DNA of 63,758 nt, counting the filler, from Asterionella formosa (taxonomy: Eukaryota): assembly GCA_002256025.1 (NCBI GenBank). It is 11 parts of 11 records of this genome, joined end to end, with 100 filler letters (N's around TTAATTAATTAA, not from the genome) between each part and the next. Parts side by side here need not be neighbours in the genome. Positions count along the whole stretch, not along the records: positions 34,884 to 40,586 come from NKIB01012956.1; positions 40,687 to 46,385 come from NKIB01012957.1; positions 46,486 to 52,177 come from NKIB01012958.1; 8 more parts are not named here. One strand, written 5' to 3'. Below, one piece after another: positions 36,376 through 49,756 of the stretch. Made by a program: the position numbers and the translations under genes. The first letter of the stretch is position 1. Every line of letters starts with the position of its first letter. The notes under the pieces were generated by a model. The model saw only the letters and a program-made list of their open reading frames with translations, made no database searches and was not told the DNA's origin.

Positions 36376-37770
36376 TTTTATAGTTTCAACATAGTAGCGT
36401 ACTCACTTCCGGGTCCCCTACTTCTCTAAAATACATTGCACTCCAGTACTCAGTACACGCTGCCGCTGACCAGCCAAAATTCTCTCCATCATGTCCACTT
36501 CGGACAACGCTGCATCGGCTGCTCCTATCCCTCACCCTCCGCTGCCCTTTGTCTATCTCTTCCCCCCATCCCCATAGTGAATCAGAAGAAAACCCCATCG
36601 ACATCCTCCCTCACCAACCTCACAAAGACAAAAAACAAGGTTCAGTCAACATGTTATACTTATTTTAAGCGCCAGCCGCTTCCATCATCGACCCTACCCC
36701 CTTGCCCTGAGCCCACTCCTACCTCCCCCTAACCACCGCCAATCCATCACCCAATCCTGCTCCAAAGCGCAACTCTGCTGCCTCCGCTGGCACTGTATTT
36801 ACTGCTCCTTCCCCTTCTATTCTCCCTCTACCCAGCACAGTTAACTCTCCTCCCAAAGCCTCCTTCCTTCAAGCCTGGCTCTTCTTCAGTGTTCCCCTCC
36901 CAAAGATCACTCGACTTCCAGTCAATTACTCATCTGATCAAATCGCAACAACAGTCCGATCCCTCCTCACCACCATATTCTTCCATGATAGCTACGCTCT
37001 CTTACTCTCTGTCACTGGAAAACCTGACAAGCAGATAAGCAGATCACTCATGACTCCCCAATACCCACTTCAGTTGCCTCGCTTCAATCATTTATCCGAT
37101 TCAACCTTCGTACCTGCCAACCCATTGAATCTCTTCTAACTACAGTAACCACTTCCCACCCTCAATGGACATTGCGGCGCGACCAATTTCATGGGGATGT
37201 CCTGGTTGACTGTGGTTGGTTACTACTATACTCGTCCAAAAAGATGAACTGTCTTGCTATACAATCGCAACTAACAGCACTGGCTCTGGTAGAGCTACAG
37301 ATTGCAATTCCTTTTGTCTGCCATTAGAGACAAGTAGATGGCCCTGGTCGTTATCCCACCATCTCCACATATACTATTGTAATTTGCACTTCCCCAACAT
37401 ATCAGTCCAACGCACGTCGTCTTCTCCAAGAAATCTTGTCACCTGATGAAAACTCGAAGTTCCGTACCTGGTACCCATTCCAATGCACCATGATATTCGT
37501 TTCACCACACTTTCTAGGTTAATTGGACCAGTCATAAGCTCAAAAGATGCAAGAGCAGCAAGAATTTCAAGCCAATGAAGAGGCAGTCTGCATCACTGAT
37601 CTCCTTCGACTCACACATGTCTTTCATGACACATTTGAAACCTTAGGTGGCGCACTTCTTAGCTTCCGCGAACCCTCTCCTGGCTCACAATATCTTCTCC
37701 ATAGCATTGAAACAGATCCAGCCAATCCATCTGTGCTCTTTTTTTGCACTCACTATTCTAATGTTAGCTA
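36376..37770 (+). mobile_element. Possible degraded 5' region/ORF1 of a non-LTR retrotransposon
   Basis: Abrupt switch to a strongly C-rich strand with broken Pro/Ser/Thr-rich frames, ending YLLHSIETDP. Inference from composition only. Confidence 0.3.
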
Positions 37771-40043
37771 TGTCTGCCAATAAAAAGTATCATGCATATA
37801 GGATCAAGGGTATAGTACGCTAAGTGGCACAGGATTTTCGTAAAAATGAGAATTTTTGGATCAAAAATATGATCATGGTATCTTGTAACTATGATGATTT
37901 ATTAATATTTTACCGACCTTGAAGTATAATGATAATAAGAGCATTATCATCACACAATGCATAAAAACTGATCAACACCATTTCTCATCAATATCATAAA
38001 CCTTCTCATATTATTTTCACTTCTTGTGATCGCCCAATGTAAATCATTACTACAACATATCCTAAAATCAGCTAAACTCTATGCTATCATGTGAATTGTT
38101 TCATTGTATATCTATCTTAAAAATGGTCACAATACTAATCACAAGGATTGTTAAAAAAGGATTGGAATGGATATTAATTTAATCGACAAATTTAGCATTG
38201 CTATCTATGATTTTACAGGCCAGGGACCCGATGTCTCTCTCTACTTGGCTCGATGTATATTGTTCCTGTTGTGCGCTTTCCTTCCTCTAATCTGAGTCAT
38301 GTGTGAAAAGGTGCCAACTAATCTTGCATCTCTTTTCCTGCTGTTAGTGTCACTCTGAACTCGCCGACTATTCCGTTGTTTGATTGGTTTTATTGTCCTA
38401 TGCAGTTACAGTAACAATAAGAAGGAATGATTTGTTAGCTAGTGATGTTACAATGACACAAGAACACGCAATTCTACCGTTTCCTCTTGTTTGCTTCACT
38501 TACCACAAATCAATGCAACTGAGGATGCATAAGTCTGTAATAGTAACTTGTCAGTAAGCCAAATTCTTGAATAAGTAAGTTTCGGGTATCCAATGTTGTC
38601 GAATAAAACTTACCGGTTCATTTTTGTCAGCTTAACTTTGAAAGAAGGTAAACATTTTGTCAGTTTTGTTCCAACAGAAGTGAATAGGTCCAACGAGCGA
38701 CAAGAGCACTTACGCAATTTGGTTTTGTTTTACATTGGTGCTCCCCAACAAGCGAAACGAGCTGTTGAATCATCTGAGAAAAAAGGAAATGTGTGTTTAG
38801 TTAACAATTTTTTGTTGTCCTGCTCTCCAACAATTGTCATCCAAGGACCACATTGATGGCTTCATTACCTTAAACATGCTACATCCTTCGAATGCGCAAT
38901 GTGTCGAAGTCACAATGTTTTTCGTTATGTATTGCGTAAACTTTCTTTGCTTGTCATGTGCTTTGCTACGACGTATCTTTTCATGAAGCAGCAGGCATTG
39001 TTTGTTAACATGACAGAACGATTTCAAAAATATATATATGCCATGAATATAGTAATAAAATTAGTAAATATATATATATATATATTAAGTGTTATACATT
39101 TATAAAATTCAAAGGCGCTCTAGATATGGAACATCTGATATGGTTGGGATGATCATACTTGCATATACATAATTCGAAAATACTTAATGCACTATAAGTC
39201 CATTGTTTTCCACGACTACGTGTACCGGAATTGTTTCTGAAATTTGTTTGCATCGATATTTTCTACGTCCGTTGAAACTAATTATTTAGACCATTCAATT
39301 GGTGTAAGTCATAACCGCAAGGGTTTTGGTAGCAAATTGTGGACAGCAAATTATCATAGTTTTAGGATTGTATGATTGTAAAACTGAAAAGAGGTAGTCA
39401 GAGTAGTATACTATTACTCAAACTCGGTTCTGATTTTGTATATGATAATGTAAATAGCACTTTTGGTCTTATGGTATCATCATATGTAGACAGAGTAAAA
39501 TATTCTTTGTAGTGGCTGATTATTCATTTCATTGTAACTAGCAACACCTGACTTTAAGATCATCGAACTTTAAGGAAGACAACGACAACAGTTATCTAGT
39601 AGTACAATGTATTCAAGAAACCATAAGGAGGTTCATGGAAACAAGTGACATGTGGCAAATACTGCCGGTAGGGAACAAAGAAGCAAGCTCCAAAATGAGT
39701 TGCAAAAACGTTGAGCAAGAGAATGTCAGAATGCATTGAATAATCAATTTACAGGAATCTTAGGTAAGTTCTTGCAGGGAGATGCCCCGAAAGCATGATG
39801 TTTTTAGTCAGTGATTATATTCTTATCAAATATCATGTCTCAATTCAAAAATGCTAACATAATTCATGACACACCAGCTGGTCTAACAGAATATAGCTAA
39901 ATTCCAGACTGTGTATATTGATGACCTTATTAGGTGGGCGTTGACGGTTTATCGTTTTGCGTAGTCAAATGACATTGACAGGGGAAGCCATGGATACCAA
40001 GTCTGGCGTGATGTTCTTGTTCCGGTGTATTTTATAGGCAGGA
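37771..40043 (+). repeat. Dispersed repeat, copy 2 (lacks ~31245-32115 of copy 1; decayed reading frame continues to 40586)
   Basis: Direct sequence match to 29281-32445 with an internal deletion at ~39700. Confidence 0.8.
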
Positions 40044-41398
40044 CAAGCAAGCCGTGGAGAACCAATTTTAACAGGAGACAAATCTGGTGTCACGAAATTT
40101 CAACTCGGTCTTCGGGCACAGTGCAAATTGCAAACACGTTTTGTTGGTTTGCTGATCAATGCCAGTAAAGAAGCATTTTGCTTCTTGGTGCTGAAAGGAA
40201 AACTCCGATTGCAACAAAAATATTTGGGTTTCAATCCAGATACCCATGAAATTTCAGAGAACAATAGATATTCGTCATTCTACCGATTTTGTCGACATTG
40301 GTGGGAAACCACTTATTAAAAAATGTGTGAGCAATGGAAGAAAGTTCAGTTTCAAATGGTCTCACTGATGAATGGACTGATGATTTACTTGTTTATTATA
40401 AGGAAATCTACACTGGACTTTCACAAAAGAATCGATCTGAATATGGAAGGAATCCTAGTGGAATTGCTACTCCCACCACAAATATCATCTACCCACACTC
40501 ATACTTCTCATTTCCCAATGTAAGTAAAGAGGATATGCATCAATTTGTTGAATCACTTCAACCAAATGTTCCTGAGAAGAATATTGNNNNNNNNNNNNNN
40601 NNNNNNNNNNNNNNNNNNNNNNNNNNNNNNTTAATTAATTAANNNNNNNNNNNNNNNNNNNNNNNNNNNNNNNNNNNNNNNNNNNNGAAAGCGGAGAGCC
40701 TGTTCTACATTTAGCTACGTACTTGATTTGTTGTCACCATGAAATTTGACTAAAATAGTTTGAGTCGAAACATGGGGTAAACTTTATATGACTCTCAGTT
40801 TTTAGGTGGTACCCTGGTACCAGGTACCGGTAACTTGTATGGTACCAGGTAGTATTGCTGGAACAGAAACGACGCTACATTTCATACATTGCTTGTTAAT
40901 ATGTACCGGAGTACCGGTACTCCAGTATACGTACCTTTTTATTGTTGAGAATAGATTTCCATATATTTACATATGCAGCTTATTGGATAAACATGTACGA
41001 GACTCCTTCTGTGTGAGCACTGGTACTGGTATACATTGTGTGAGTTTGTTTCATCTATTGTTGTTGTACAGCAGGTACCGAAATGTTGTACAGATTTTTT
41101 TGAAAGTAAACATACGTAGACATTTGATTTGAATTTAAATCATGTCCATCGTTGGGATACCTTCTACCTGGTACCAGGTACCAGTGCCGTATACATGTTG
41201 CACTGATATTTTTGTAAGAAAGCGTGCGTACCGTATACGATTGATTTGAATTTAAATCATGTCAATCACAGGGATAGGGTTAAGATGAGGGAGTGGCTGA
41301 GAGTACCGGTACCGGTACCAGGTACCTGGTACGCAACAATCACACGTTCTTCTCGTACAAACAAGCAAGGTGACGTTGGTACCGGTACCTGTAGGTGA

Positions 41399-44300
41399 TG
41401 TTGAGTATGCAATAAGACCTCTCGTATAAACAAGGTGAGATTGGTTGAACGAATATTGCAGTGCAGTGTGGGCGCGTGGATGAACGTACCGTGTCAACGG
41501 TACAGGGGACTAACTAGTCGTTAGAGTGTTTTAGCGATAGTACAGCATGCAAGCTTGGAGCAGCGAATGCGCTAGAACGGCGTAGGTTTATATATCTTAA
41601 AAGTCTATCTTTTTAACCTTTATCTTTCTTTCCTTGTGCACCATGTAAGTTGTTCTGCCTACCACACTAGCGTACTTATTCGGTTTATCAGACCCAACGC
41701 TCTACCGATGACCACCTTGAGTTACCTTTGAATCGGAGAAGAGCGTACAGTGCGAGCGAATAGGAGCGTCGAATTCGAACCATCGAGACAAGGCGTCTGG
41801 CATTACGTGTTCGTAACGAATTTTTCATATTCAGTATGTAGTGTCACGTGTGCGTACCGAATTTGGATGATGACAATCATTCGCAGGCGTCGGTGACCAT
41901 GTGCACTCGAGTCGTACCGACGGGTATCCGCAGACGACCAGCGAGCGATAGCGATTGTGGCCGGAGTTGAACTGATCACTCAACGACGGCATTGGTGTAA
42001 CTGTGCTGCCTGCACACAAGTACTATTCGTTACAGCGGGAATCCACTGACGACATGCGTTTGCGTTTGCGAAAATCGTTACAGCGGGAATCCACTGACGA
42101 CATGTGTTTGCGTTTGCGAATTACTATCATTCTCTTTTCCCAGCAAATTCACTCATTATCATGGCGAATAACTTGGTCGGAGTCGCCCACATTCTGTTGG
42201 CAATCGGTTTTGAGGTCGCTGTTGAACGTATGAACACCATGGCAGCAGGTATTAGCGAGTTTGAGGACTTCCGTTATCTAGTAGAAAAGGACATTCGTGA
42301 CATGGCGGACGAATTTGCGAAGCGTAGCGTGGCAAACGGTAAGATTGTTTTTTGGACTTGGACGCACAAAGAAATTGACAGGCGTTATGCATTGGGTCCA
42401 GGATTGTCATCGAGTTAACGATGTTCCGGACCACAACGATTTCAATGTTGAGATTCTGTATCAATCGTTGAGCCTTGCGCAGATCAGGAAGTCCGACAAA
42501 GATCTTGTGGCTACTAATTCCAAGGCTGCCGATCCGGGAAAGTTCAAAGATGAGAGGAAGTGGCCTGAGTGGGAAAAGGCCTTTATCAACTACTTGGCTG
42601 TCATTCCCGGCGTTAGCGGCATACCGTTGTCTTATGTGGTAAGAGAAGCGGAGGATCCCAAAGCTGAGGCCGATTATGGCTCATTCAACGAGCGCATGAT
42701 CCATCGTGCCCCCCTTAACGGTCAGTATTACGTTGCGGATGCGAGACGTGTGCATACACTGTTACTTGGTTTTCTACAGGGCGAACAGACAGAAAATTGG
42801 ATTTGTTCCATCTCTCGTTATCAGGACGGTTGTAGGGACATGGTCGCGTTGAGGCGGCACTACGCTGGCGAAGGAAATTCCACATGTAGGATTGCCGACG
42901 CCAAGAAGATTCAATCGTCCCTCCACTCCAAGACAGAGCGTGCGTTACCTTTCAACAAGTTCTTGGATTCACTACAACGTATGTTCATGATCTTCGAAGA
43001 AGAGAATGAGCCTTTGTCCGAAAGAGCAAAAGTAGACGAGCTATTGTCCAAAGTGCAAAGCTCCGGCTTTTCTGCCGCAGTCGCCCAACTCAGATACCAG
43101 CTCAATACAACCGGTATTACCTTTACCGTCGCAGCAAACCATTTAAAGTCTGAGGTGTCACAGACGCCTGATTATCAGCTATCCAGACGAATTAACACAA
43201 CAAACACAACCGGCCGTGGCGGAGGCCGTGGCGACGGTCATGGCTTCCAGAGTTGCGGTGCCGGCCGCGGTCGCGGTGGTCGCGGCGGGCGCGGAACCCC
43301 TCCACAGAAAACCACTTACTACTCAGCAACAGAATGGGAAAAGCTTTCATATGGGGAGCGTGATCGAGTCCGAAAGGAACGCGACAAGAAAGGAGAGCAA
43401 GGTGGATCGAAGCGTACCATTTCCGAGATGACAACAAAGCAACTCGCTTCCGCCATCATCAGTTCTATCAAGGCAGCAGCACTTAGCGACTCCGGAACAT
43501 GCGATGACGACAAGTCGGAAACGCCGAAGAAGTCAAACGCCGGCAATTCTTTTGGTGGGCGTGAAAGCGCAAAACGAAGCAAAAGCGATCGACTTGAGAT
43601 AGCGGCATATCGTTCTTCTCATCGGAAGCCGCTCTCGCCTCACCAATTATCTATATCTGCACTTACACAATTAACCCAGCGCGCTGCGAAATGTGACCTT
43701 GACTCTCACGCTGACACCTGTGCTCTTGGCTGTAATTTTGTACCTCTTTACTTTACAGGACGTGCCTGCGATGTCATTCCATACAACGCAGGTGCTTACG
43801 AACCAGAACAAGAAATCCCTATTGTTTGCGGAGCGACAGCATTCACTTGCCAAAAAAGCGGAGAGACCTTCATTTTAATTATTAATGAGGGACTTTATTT
43901 TGGCGACAAGCTTGAACACAGCCTCCTCAACCCTAACCAATTGCGATTTTCCGGGGTGGTTGTCAACGACAATCCTTTCGATAAAGCGGCACCGCTGTTA
44001 ATCTCGACAACGGAAATCGATATTCCGCTGCAGATCAGCGGAACAAACATCTTCTTGGAGACTACCACTCCCACCCAGCGTGAACTTGATACTTGTACTC
44101 ACATTCATTTAACCTGTGACACCGAATGGAATCCACAGACTGTCAACCTTTCCCTTATACAATCTGTGGAGGCGGAGGACACGATCAGCGTCGAGCCTTT
44201 CTTGTCCCAAATATCGTCCATCTACTGCTTCAAGGAGATGGCGGAGGCTTTAAGAGATGTTCGATACATTAAATCAACCCAAGTGGACGTACCGGCCACC

Positions 44301-46385
44301 AGGACTTTTGTTTCGTCCGACCGGCATGCTCAAGTGAATTATGAGACACTCAGCGAAAGGTGGAATATCGGACTGACTCAAGCGAAACAGACCCTAGAGG
44401 TCACGACTCAGAAAGGCATTCAGTCAGCAATACTCCCATTGAGCAGGCGGTACCGAACAGATAGGATGTATGGCCAGCGGAAGTTATGGAACCAACAGTT
44501 CTACACTGACACCATTTTCGGGAAATGCAAATCACTGACTAACAACACATGTGCTCAAATCTTTGCAAATGAAGCGTATTTCGTAAAAGCGTACCCGATG
44601 GAGAAGAAGTCTGGCGCGGGTCTGGCGCTCCGACAATTCATTCTTGATTACGGAGCACCTGAGTACCTCACGTCTGACGGGGCGTCCGACCAGACTGGAC
44701 CGAAAACGGAATTCATCAAGAACGTAAGGAAGTATGGGATTGAACATCACGTGAGCGAAACTAAACATCATCGACAGAATCGAGCGGAGTCAGTTATTCG
44801 CGAAGTGAAGAAGCGATGGTTTCGACAAATGACGAAGCGTCGGGTTCCGAAGCGTTTGTGGGATTACGGAGTCGTGTGGGTGTGTGAAACAATGTCTCTC
44901 ACTGCTAACTCATCATTTGCGCTGGAAGGTCGGACTCCTATAGAGCAGATCACAGGCAAGACACCCGACATATCCGAATACTTGGATTTCGGGTTCTACG
45001 ATTGGGTGTGATACAAGGATAATGCAGGGGTTGGCGAAAACATGTTCGGGCGCTGGCTTGGTGTGTCTCACCGAGTCGGTAACCTAATGTCGTATTGGAT
45101 TCTAACCATTGCTTGTCGCATTATCTCACGCACTACAGTGCAGGGTATCACTCACCTTCAACTGACAACTAGCGAGGTCAACGACAGATGCAAGGAGTAC
45201 AATGAGAGGATAAAGGAAAACATGCGTGACGACAACCACCAAAATGCAGGCAACGAGGAGGAGCGACAATTGCAGGATTGGGATGAATACTCGGATCTGC
45301 AGGACGATACAGTATTCGGCGAAGAGAAAAACAATGTTGTGAGCGATCACCAAATACCAGATGCCGATGACACTTTCACGCCCGATATTTTCGAGGATAC
45401 ATACCTCAACAAAGAGATAGCGATAGCGATAGCGAGGGGCGCTGGAGATGACAACGACGGTGTTCAATTTGGCAGAGTCACCAAGAGATTGCGCAACGCC
45501 GATGGTAGACCTATCGGCAAGGCTCACGAAAATCCTTTGCTTGACACGAGAGAGTATGAGGTCGAGTTCTTTGACGGACACTCAGAGGCATTGTTGTCCT
45601 CTAACCTTATTGCTCAGAATTTGTTTTCACAGATAGACGAGGAGGGCGAACGACACGTACTTCTCGACGACATTATCGATCATAGGCGGAATGCGACGGC
45701 ACTCGACAAAGAGGACGCGTTCATCACAATGTCTAACGGTGTCAAGCGGCGGAGACAGACGACTCAAGGGTGGCCACTCTTGTGCCAATGGAGGGACCGG
45801 AGTACCACTTGGGTCGCACTTAAGGATATGAAGCAATCGTACCCCATACAGGTGGCGGAGTACTCAATTGCTAATCGTATTGATGACGAGGCGGCGTTTT
45901 CGTGGTGGGTGCCGACCCTTCTAAAGAAACGGGACCAAGTACTAGCAAAGGTAAAGTCTAAGTATTGGCAGCGAACTCACAAATACGGTATACGGATACC
46001 GAAGTCCGTCGAAGAGGCGTTAGCGATTGATAAAGCCAATGGCAACACATCATGGTAGGACGCCATCTGCAAGGAAATGAAAAACGTGCGACCGGCATTT
46101 GAAAAGTGGGAAAAGCGAGAGGGAGACCTTCCGCCAGGGTAACAAAAGATAAGGTGTCAATTCGTGTTCGACATCAAAATGGGCGAAAACTTGCGGCGTA
46201 AGGCGAGACTAGTTGCCGACAGCAGCCGGACGGAAACGCCCGCAGCCCTGACGTATTCGTCAGTTGTGTCGAGGGACTCAGTGCGCATTGCCTTATTGGT
46301 TGCTTCATTGAACGACTTACAACTTCTTGCTTGCGATATTCAAAACGCTTATCTAACCGCAGATTGCAGAGAGAAAATTTACATA
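41399..46385 (+). mobile_element. Ty1/Copia CoDi-type LTR retrotransposon, 3' truncated at contig edge. gag-PR-IN-RT from ATG 42161 with one frameshift (~42350) and in-frame stops at 45009, 46056 and ~46140
   Basis: GIPLSYVVR gag, RG-rich tail, protease DLDSHADT, integrase YTDT...SDG...QNRAE, RT FDIKM..RRKARLVA, YSSVVSRDSVR and ACDIQNAYL. Domain order is PR-IN-RT. Putative 5' LTR at ~41399 (TGTTGAG) to ~41682; boundaries uncertain. Confidence 0.93.
42027..42120 (+). repeat. 48-bp tandem duplication in the Copia leader
   Basis: tcgttacagcgggaatccactgacgacatg(c/t)gtttgcgtttgcgaa occurs twice, starting at 42027 and 42075. Confidence 0.9.
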
Positions 46386-46485
46386 NNNNNNNNNNNNNNN
46401 NNNNNNNNNNNNNNNNNNNNNNNNNNNNNTTAATTAATTAANNNNNNNNNNNNNNNNNNNNNNNNNNNNNNNNNNNNNNNNNNNN

Positions 46486-47773
46486 TCCATTTGTGTGCCC
46501 GTTTGTTGAGTGCTCTGATCACTTGCACCTCGTTCAATGTTGCTTTATAATCCATAACTTTCTTATTCGCTTTCTCACTCTCCTTCTACTCTGCTCTTCT
46601 TTTCTCCTAGTCTTATCGTCCAGTGCTTCCGTTCCCAGTTTAAAGCGTCCAGCCACCACATGAACCATTTATTTTGCGCGATCGCCAATAGCGCCAACTG
46701 GCAAGTCATCTTATCAAGATTGATGCCCACCACATGCTTGTGGTGCTGGAGCAAGTTTCATGGTCTCAATGGAACACTTTTTTCGTTTGTATTTGTTCCC
46801 CCCCTTCTCACCGGAAAGTTGTGTTTGTTGAGTCTCATGCTGTTCCGGTCTATCGGCTAGATTATTGTTTCTCTCACTGATGTATTTATCTGCATTACAT
46901 GTTTCTGGTGTCGAAGTGGACGATGCAGTTGTGGTGGCTCTGGTTCCAAAGGTAAGTGTACTGCTAGTTTTGATTCGTTCTGCTGGGGAACAATCCAATA
47001 GCACTATAGAATTCAAACCCCCTACTACTAGATGTTTGCTGTCATTATTCAATTTCTTCAAAGGGTACTTCACCATGTCTTTTGTTAGCCACGTTATTGT
47101 GTCAACTTTGTCTGCTACTAATAATCTAGATAGCAATAGCGCCACTTGGTAAAACAACTCCTCCACCGCTAGCCTTTCTAGCGTCTACTTCTCTGACATT
47201 GTTGCTTAGAACAAGCTTTACTAAATCCTTATCTAGAGACTTACAAATAACTCTGTACTTGCTCGAGGTTTGGTACTTCTTCGGTTCATTATACTAAGTT
47301 GTAAGATCCGGAGAAATGAAAATGTGGTATATTGTGTTGGTCTCGAGAGCATTTCAGGATGCATCTATGTTGACAGTACAAAATCACTAAATTGCTATGA
47401 TGCGAACTAGTGTCCATGTTTACATTGGGATGTCGCACACAATCGCGCCGTAATTACAATCCACCTCAAGAAAAGCGTTAAAGGAAGCTATATTAATTTG
47501 GAGTATAAAACATTATATAATATCGTATATGAATATAAAATGTCGGCCCAGCTAAACGAGGTAATTTTATTTTCTTCCGATGTGCCTCACTCAACATTTT
47601 CGAAGTCGTTTATCTCACCAACTGGAACACAACATCGATCGGGCGTTAGATGCGTGAAACAGATGACTTGTTCATAGTAAATATTGTCGTATTGTGAAAA
47701 TTGAAAAAGTTTGTAGTACAAAATGTAAGATTACCCCGTTATAGTGGTCTTAAGCAGTTTTTGACTGGTAGTG
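46486..47773 (-). mobile_element. TIR DNA transposon (Tc1/mariner/pogo-like), copy A, with TIR at 47740-47773 followed by TA
   Basis: tatagtggtcttaagcagtttttgactggtagtg|ta is the reverse complement (1 mismatch) of 63105-63138. 46486-46578 matches 63663-63755. A decayed ORF lies on the minus strand. Confidence 0.7.
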
Positions 47774-48265
47774 TATTTTGTGCACACCCACTATCTTGTC
47801 GTTTTGTTTGTACCTGGTACATTGTAAGTATGGTAGACGATCTACACTGAAGGCAGTGTCAATTAGCAAATACAATCCACACTTCCTCTCAGCTACTACC
47901 ACGTACATACGTAGTACCATGGAGTACCAGGCACCCCTTACCTGGTACTGAGTACCAGGTACCGCATACGGACCGATACATACCTGTATTATATATGAAA
48001 TATTTTCTGCGCTTTGTATAATGCCGATAAATTTATCACATGAAGCAACCCATCAAATATTTCATGAATAGCTATCAGTGCCGGGATGCGGCTGTGTCTT
48101 GCAGTGCATCAAGCATGCTGGACAGTACCGTTATTCCTTTTTTTGATAAAAAATAAGAAAAAATGACATGTCTTGTTACGAAGCAACAATGGCGAAATCA
48201 ATATTATCATTCTAAATTCGAATCAATGGTTCTTAACTAGATGCCGCCGCACTCGTTGCTTGACC

Positions 48266-49756
48266 ATGCCAGCCCAGCCACCTCTGGTTAGATTGAGCTC
48301 GAAGACTGTACGAAGTTGGCGAGCTGCTATTGCAATTCTATTGGCCATTCAGCTCACTTGTTTGTATTTCTTTCACCATCACGCGAGTGTCGAGAATTCA
48401 TTCACGCGCCACGCTACCAAAGCTGCCAGTCTCGCATTGGCACTACCGGATAACTACGGAGTGATAAAAAATGTAACGCTCGGTGGAACGAAAATACCCT
48501 CAACTCGCTTTGCTCATTTATACAACGACTCTGAGCCACTCAGCTGCACAAGTGATCATTGTCCGATATGGCGCGAGCCATCGATTATACCAGAATGGAT
48601 GAAGACATACTTTGATTGGCACGCTCAAACTGTACCCCTCGTCAATAACTCAACATGGCCATTGCATCGGTTCATTGTGTTGTCATGTCGTGTCAGTGAC
48701 GATCGCTGCGGGGGAACAGCAGATCGACTCAAACCTGTTCCTTGGATACTGTGGTATGCGTACATGCACAGGCGGCTCCTTATGATACACTGGGACAGAC
48801 CTTGCAATCTTGAAGAGTTTCTTCTGCCCCCGAAGGGTGGGATCGACTGGAGAGTTCCAGATTTCTTATTAGGTCAAATAAGGAGACACGTAGCTGGAAA
48901 CAATAAAGGAATCCAACGAGATTTATCCAATTCTGATAAAGTTCTTGTCAGAATCAAATTTCAATCATACAATGGAGGCAGCGTACTATACAATGAACAA
49001 GTGGAAGGTCCATCGTATATGGAGGTATATCATGATGTGTGGAGAACCATGTTTACGCCGTCTCCACCTGTTGCCAGGATCATTGAGCAGACGATGAAGG
49101 ACCACAATCTGCAGCCTGGAAACTACACAGCCATTCACGTACGAGCCTTGTATGCAATCAATACACGATCAGAATCATACATTGAAAAAATGGCAACGAA
49201 TGCCCTCGCTTGTGCGTCTCGTTTACGACCAGGAGGACCGTACTACTTTGCCTCCGATTCCGTATATGCTACCAAATTTTTGAATAAATGGGCCAAAAGT
49301 AACGGTAAGGGCCGAGTGGAATCCGTGATACGAGATTATGACCCAGTACATTTGGAAATGGCTGAAAATTGGAGTACTCGGCCTGTTTCTGATTTTTACG
49401 ATACATTTGTAGATTTGTATCTCCTTGGTCTAAGCCGCTGTGTTGCTTATGGAGTGGGGGGATTTGGCCACTGGGGTCTCATGATTGGATACAATTCATC
49501 CTGTGGATTTCGTCATTGGAAAAAATCAAACGAAATACGTTGCGATTGGTTCGAAGAAGAACTTGTAAACCAAGAACGTTTTGAAGTCCAAGGACCCATT
49601 TTCCTGGATCCAATCGATGGTAGCGTCACACAAGCTATAGTTGCAACAATTACATCCCAAAAAACAGAAGAGTTTGATGATGTATCCAAGAACGATGTCA
49701 GTGAGAAAAAACCTTTTTCAAACCTGCCACTTACGTCGAAACTCAACCGGAATTAG
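48266..49756 (+). CDS. Type II membrane glycosyltransferase, fucosyltransferase-like (NodZ/FUT8-type GT-B motifs)
   Basis: N-terminal TM anchor, then CGGTADRL, LLMIHW..P..LEEFL, YTAIHVR, YFASDS and FVDLYLL..SRC..YG.GGFG. Confidence 0.65.
   Translation: MPAQPPLVRLSSKTVRSWRAAIAILLAIQLTCLYFFHHHASVENSFTRHATKAASLALALPDNYGVIKNVTLGGTKIPSTRFAHLYNDSEPLSCTSDHCPIWREPSIIPEWMKTYFDWHAQTVPLVNNSTWPLHRFIVLSCRVSDDRCGGTADRLKPVPWILWYAYMHRRLLMIHWDRPCNLEEFLLPPKGGIDWRVPDFLLGQIRRHVAGNNKGIQRDLSNSDKVLVRIKFQSYNGGSVLYNEQVEGPSYMEVYHDVWRTMFTPSPPVARIIEQTMKDHNLQPGNYTAIHVRALYAINTRSESYIEKMATNALACASRLRPGGPYYFASDSVYATKFLNKWAKSNGKGRVESVIRDYDPVHLEMAENWSTRPVSDFYDTFVDLYLLGLSRCVAYGVGGFGHWGLMIGYNSSCGFRHWKKSNEIRCDWFEEELVNQERFEVQGPIFLDPIDGSVTQAIVATITSQKTEEFDDVSKNDVSEKKPFSNLPLTSKLNRN

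Noticed and set aside
29281..40043. The two repeat copies as LTRs of one element or a tandem duplication
   Set aside because: They are separated by a linker, lack TG..CA ends, and have no gag/pol between them.
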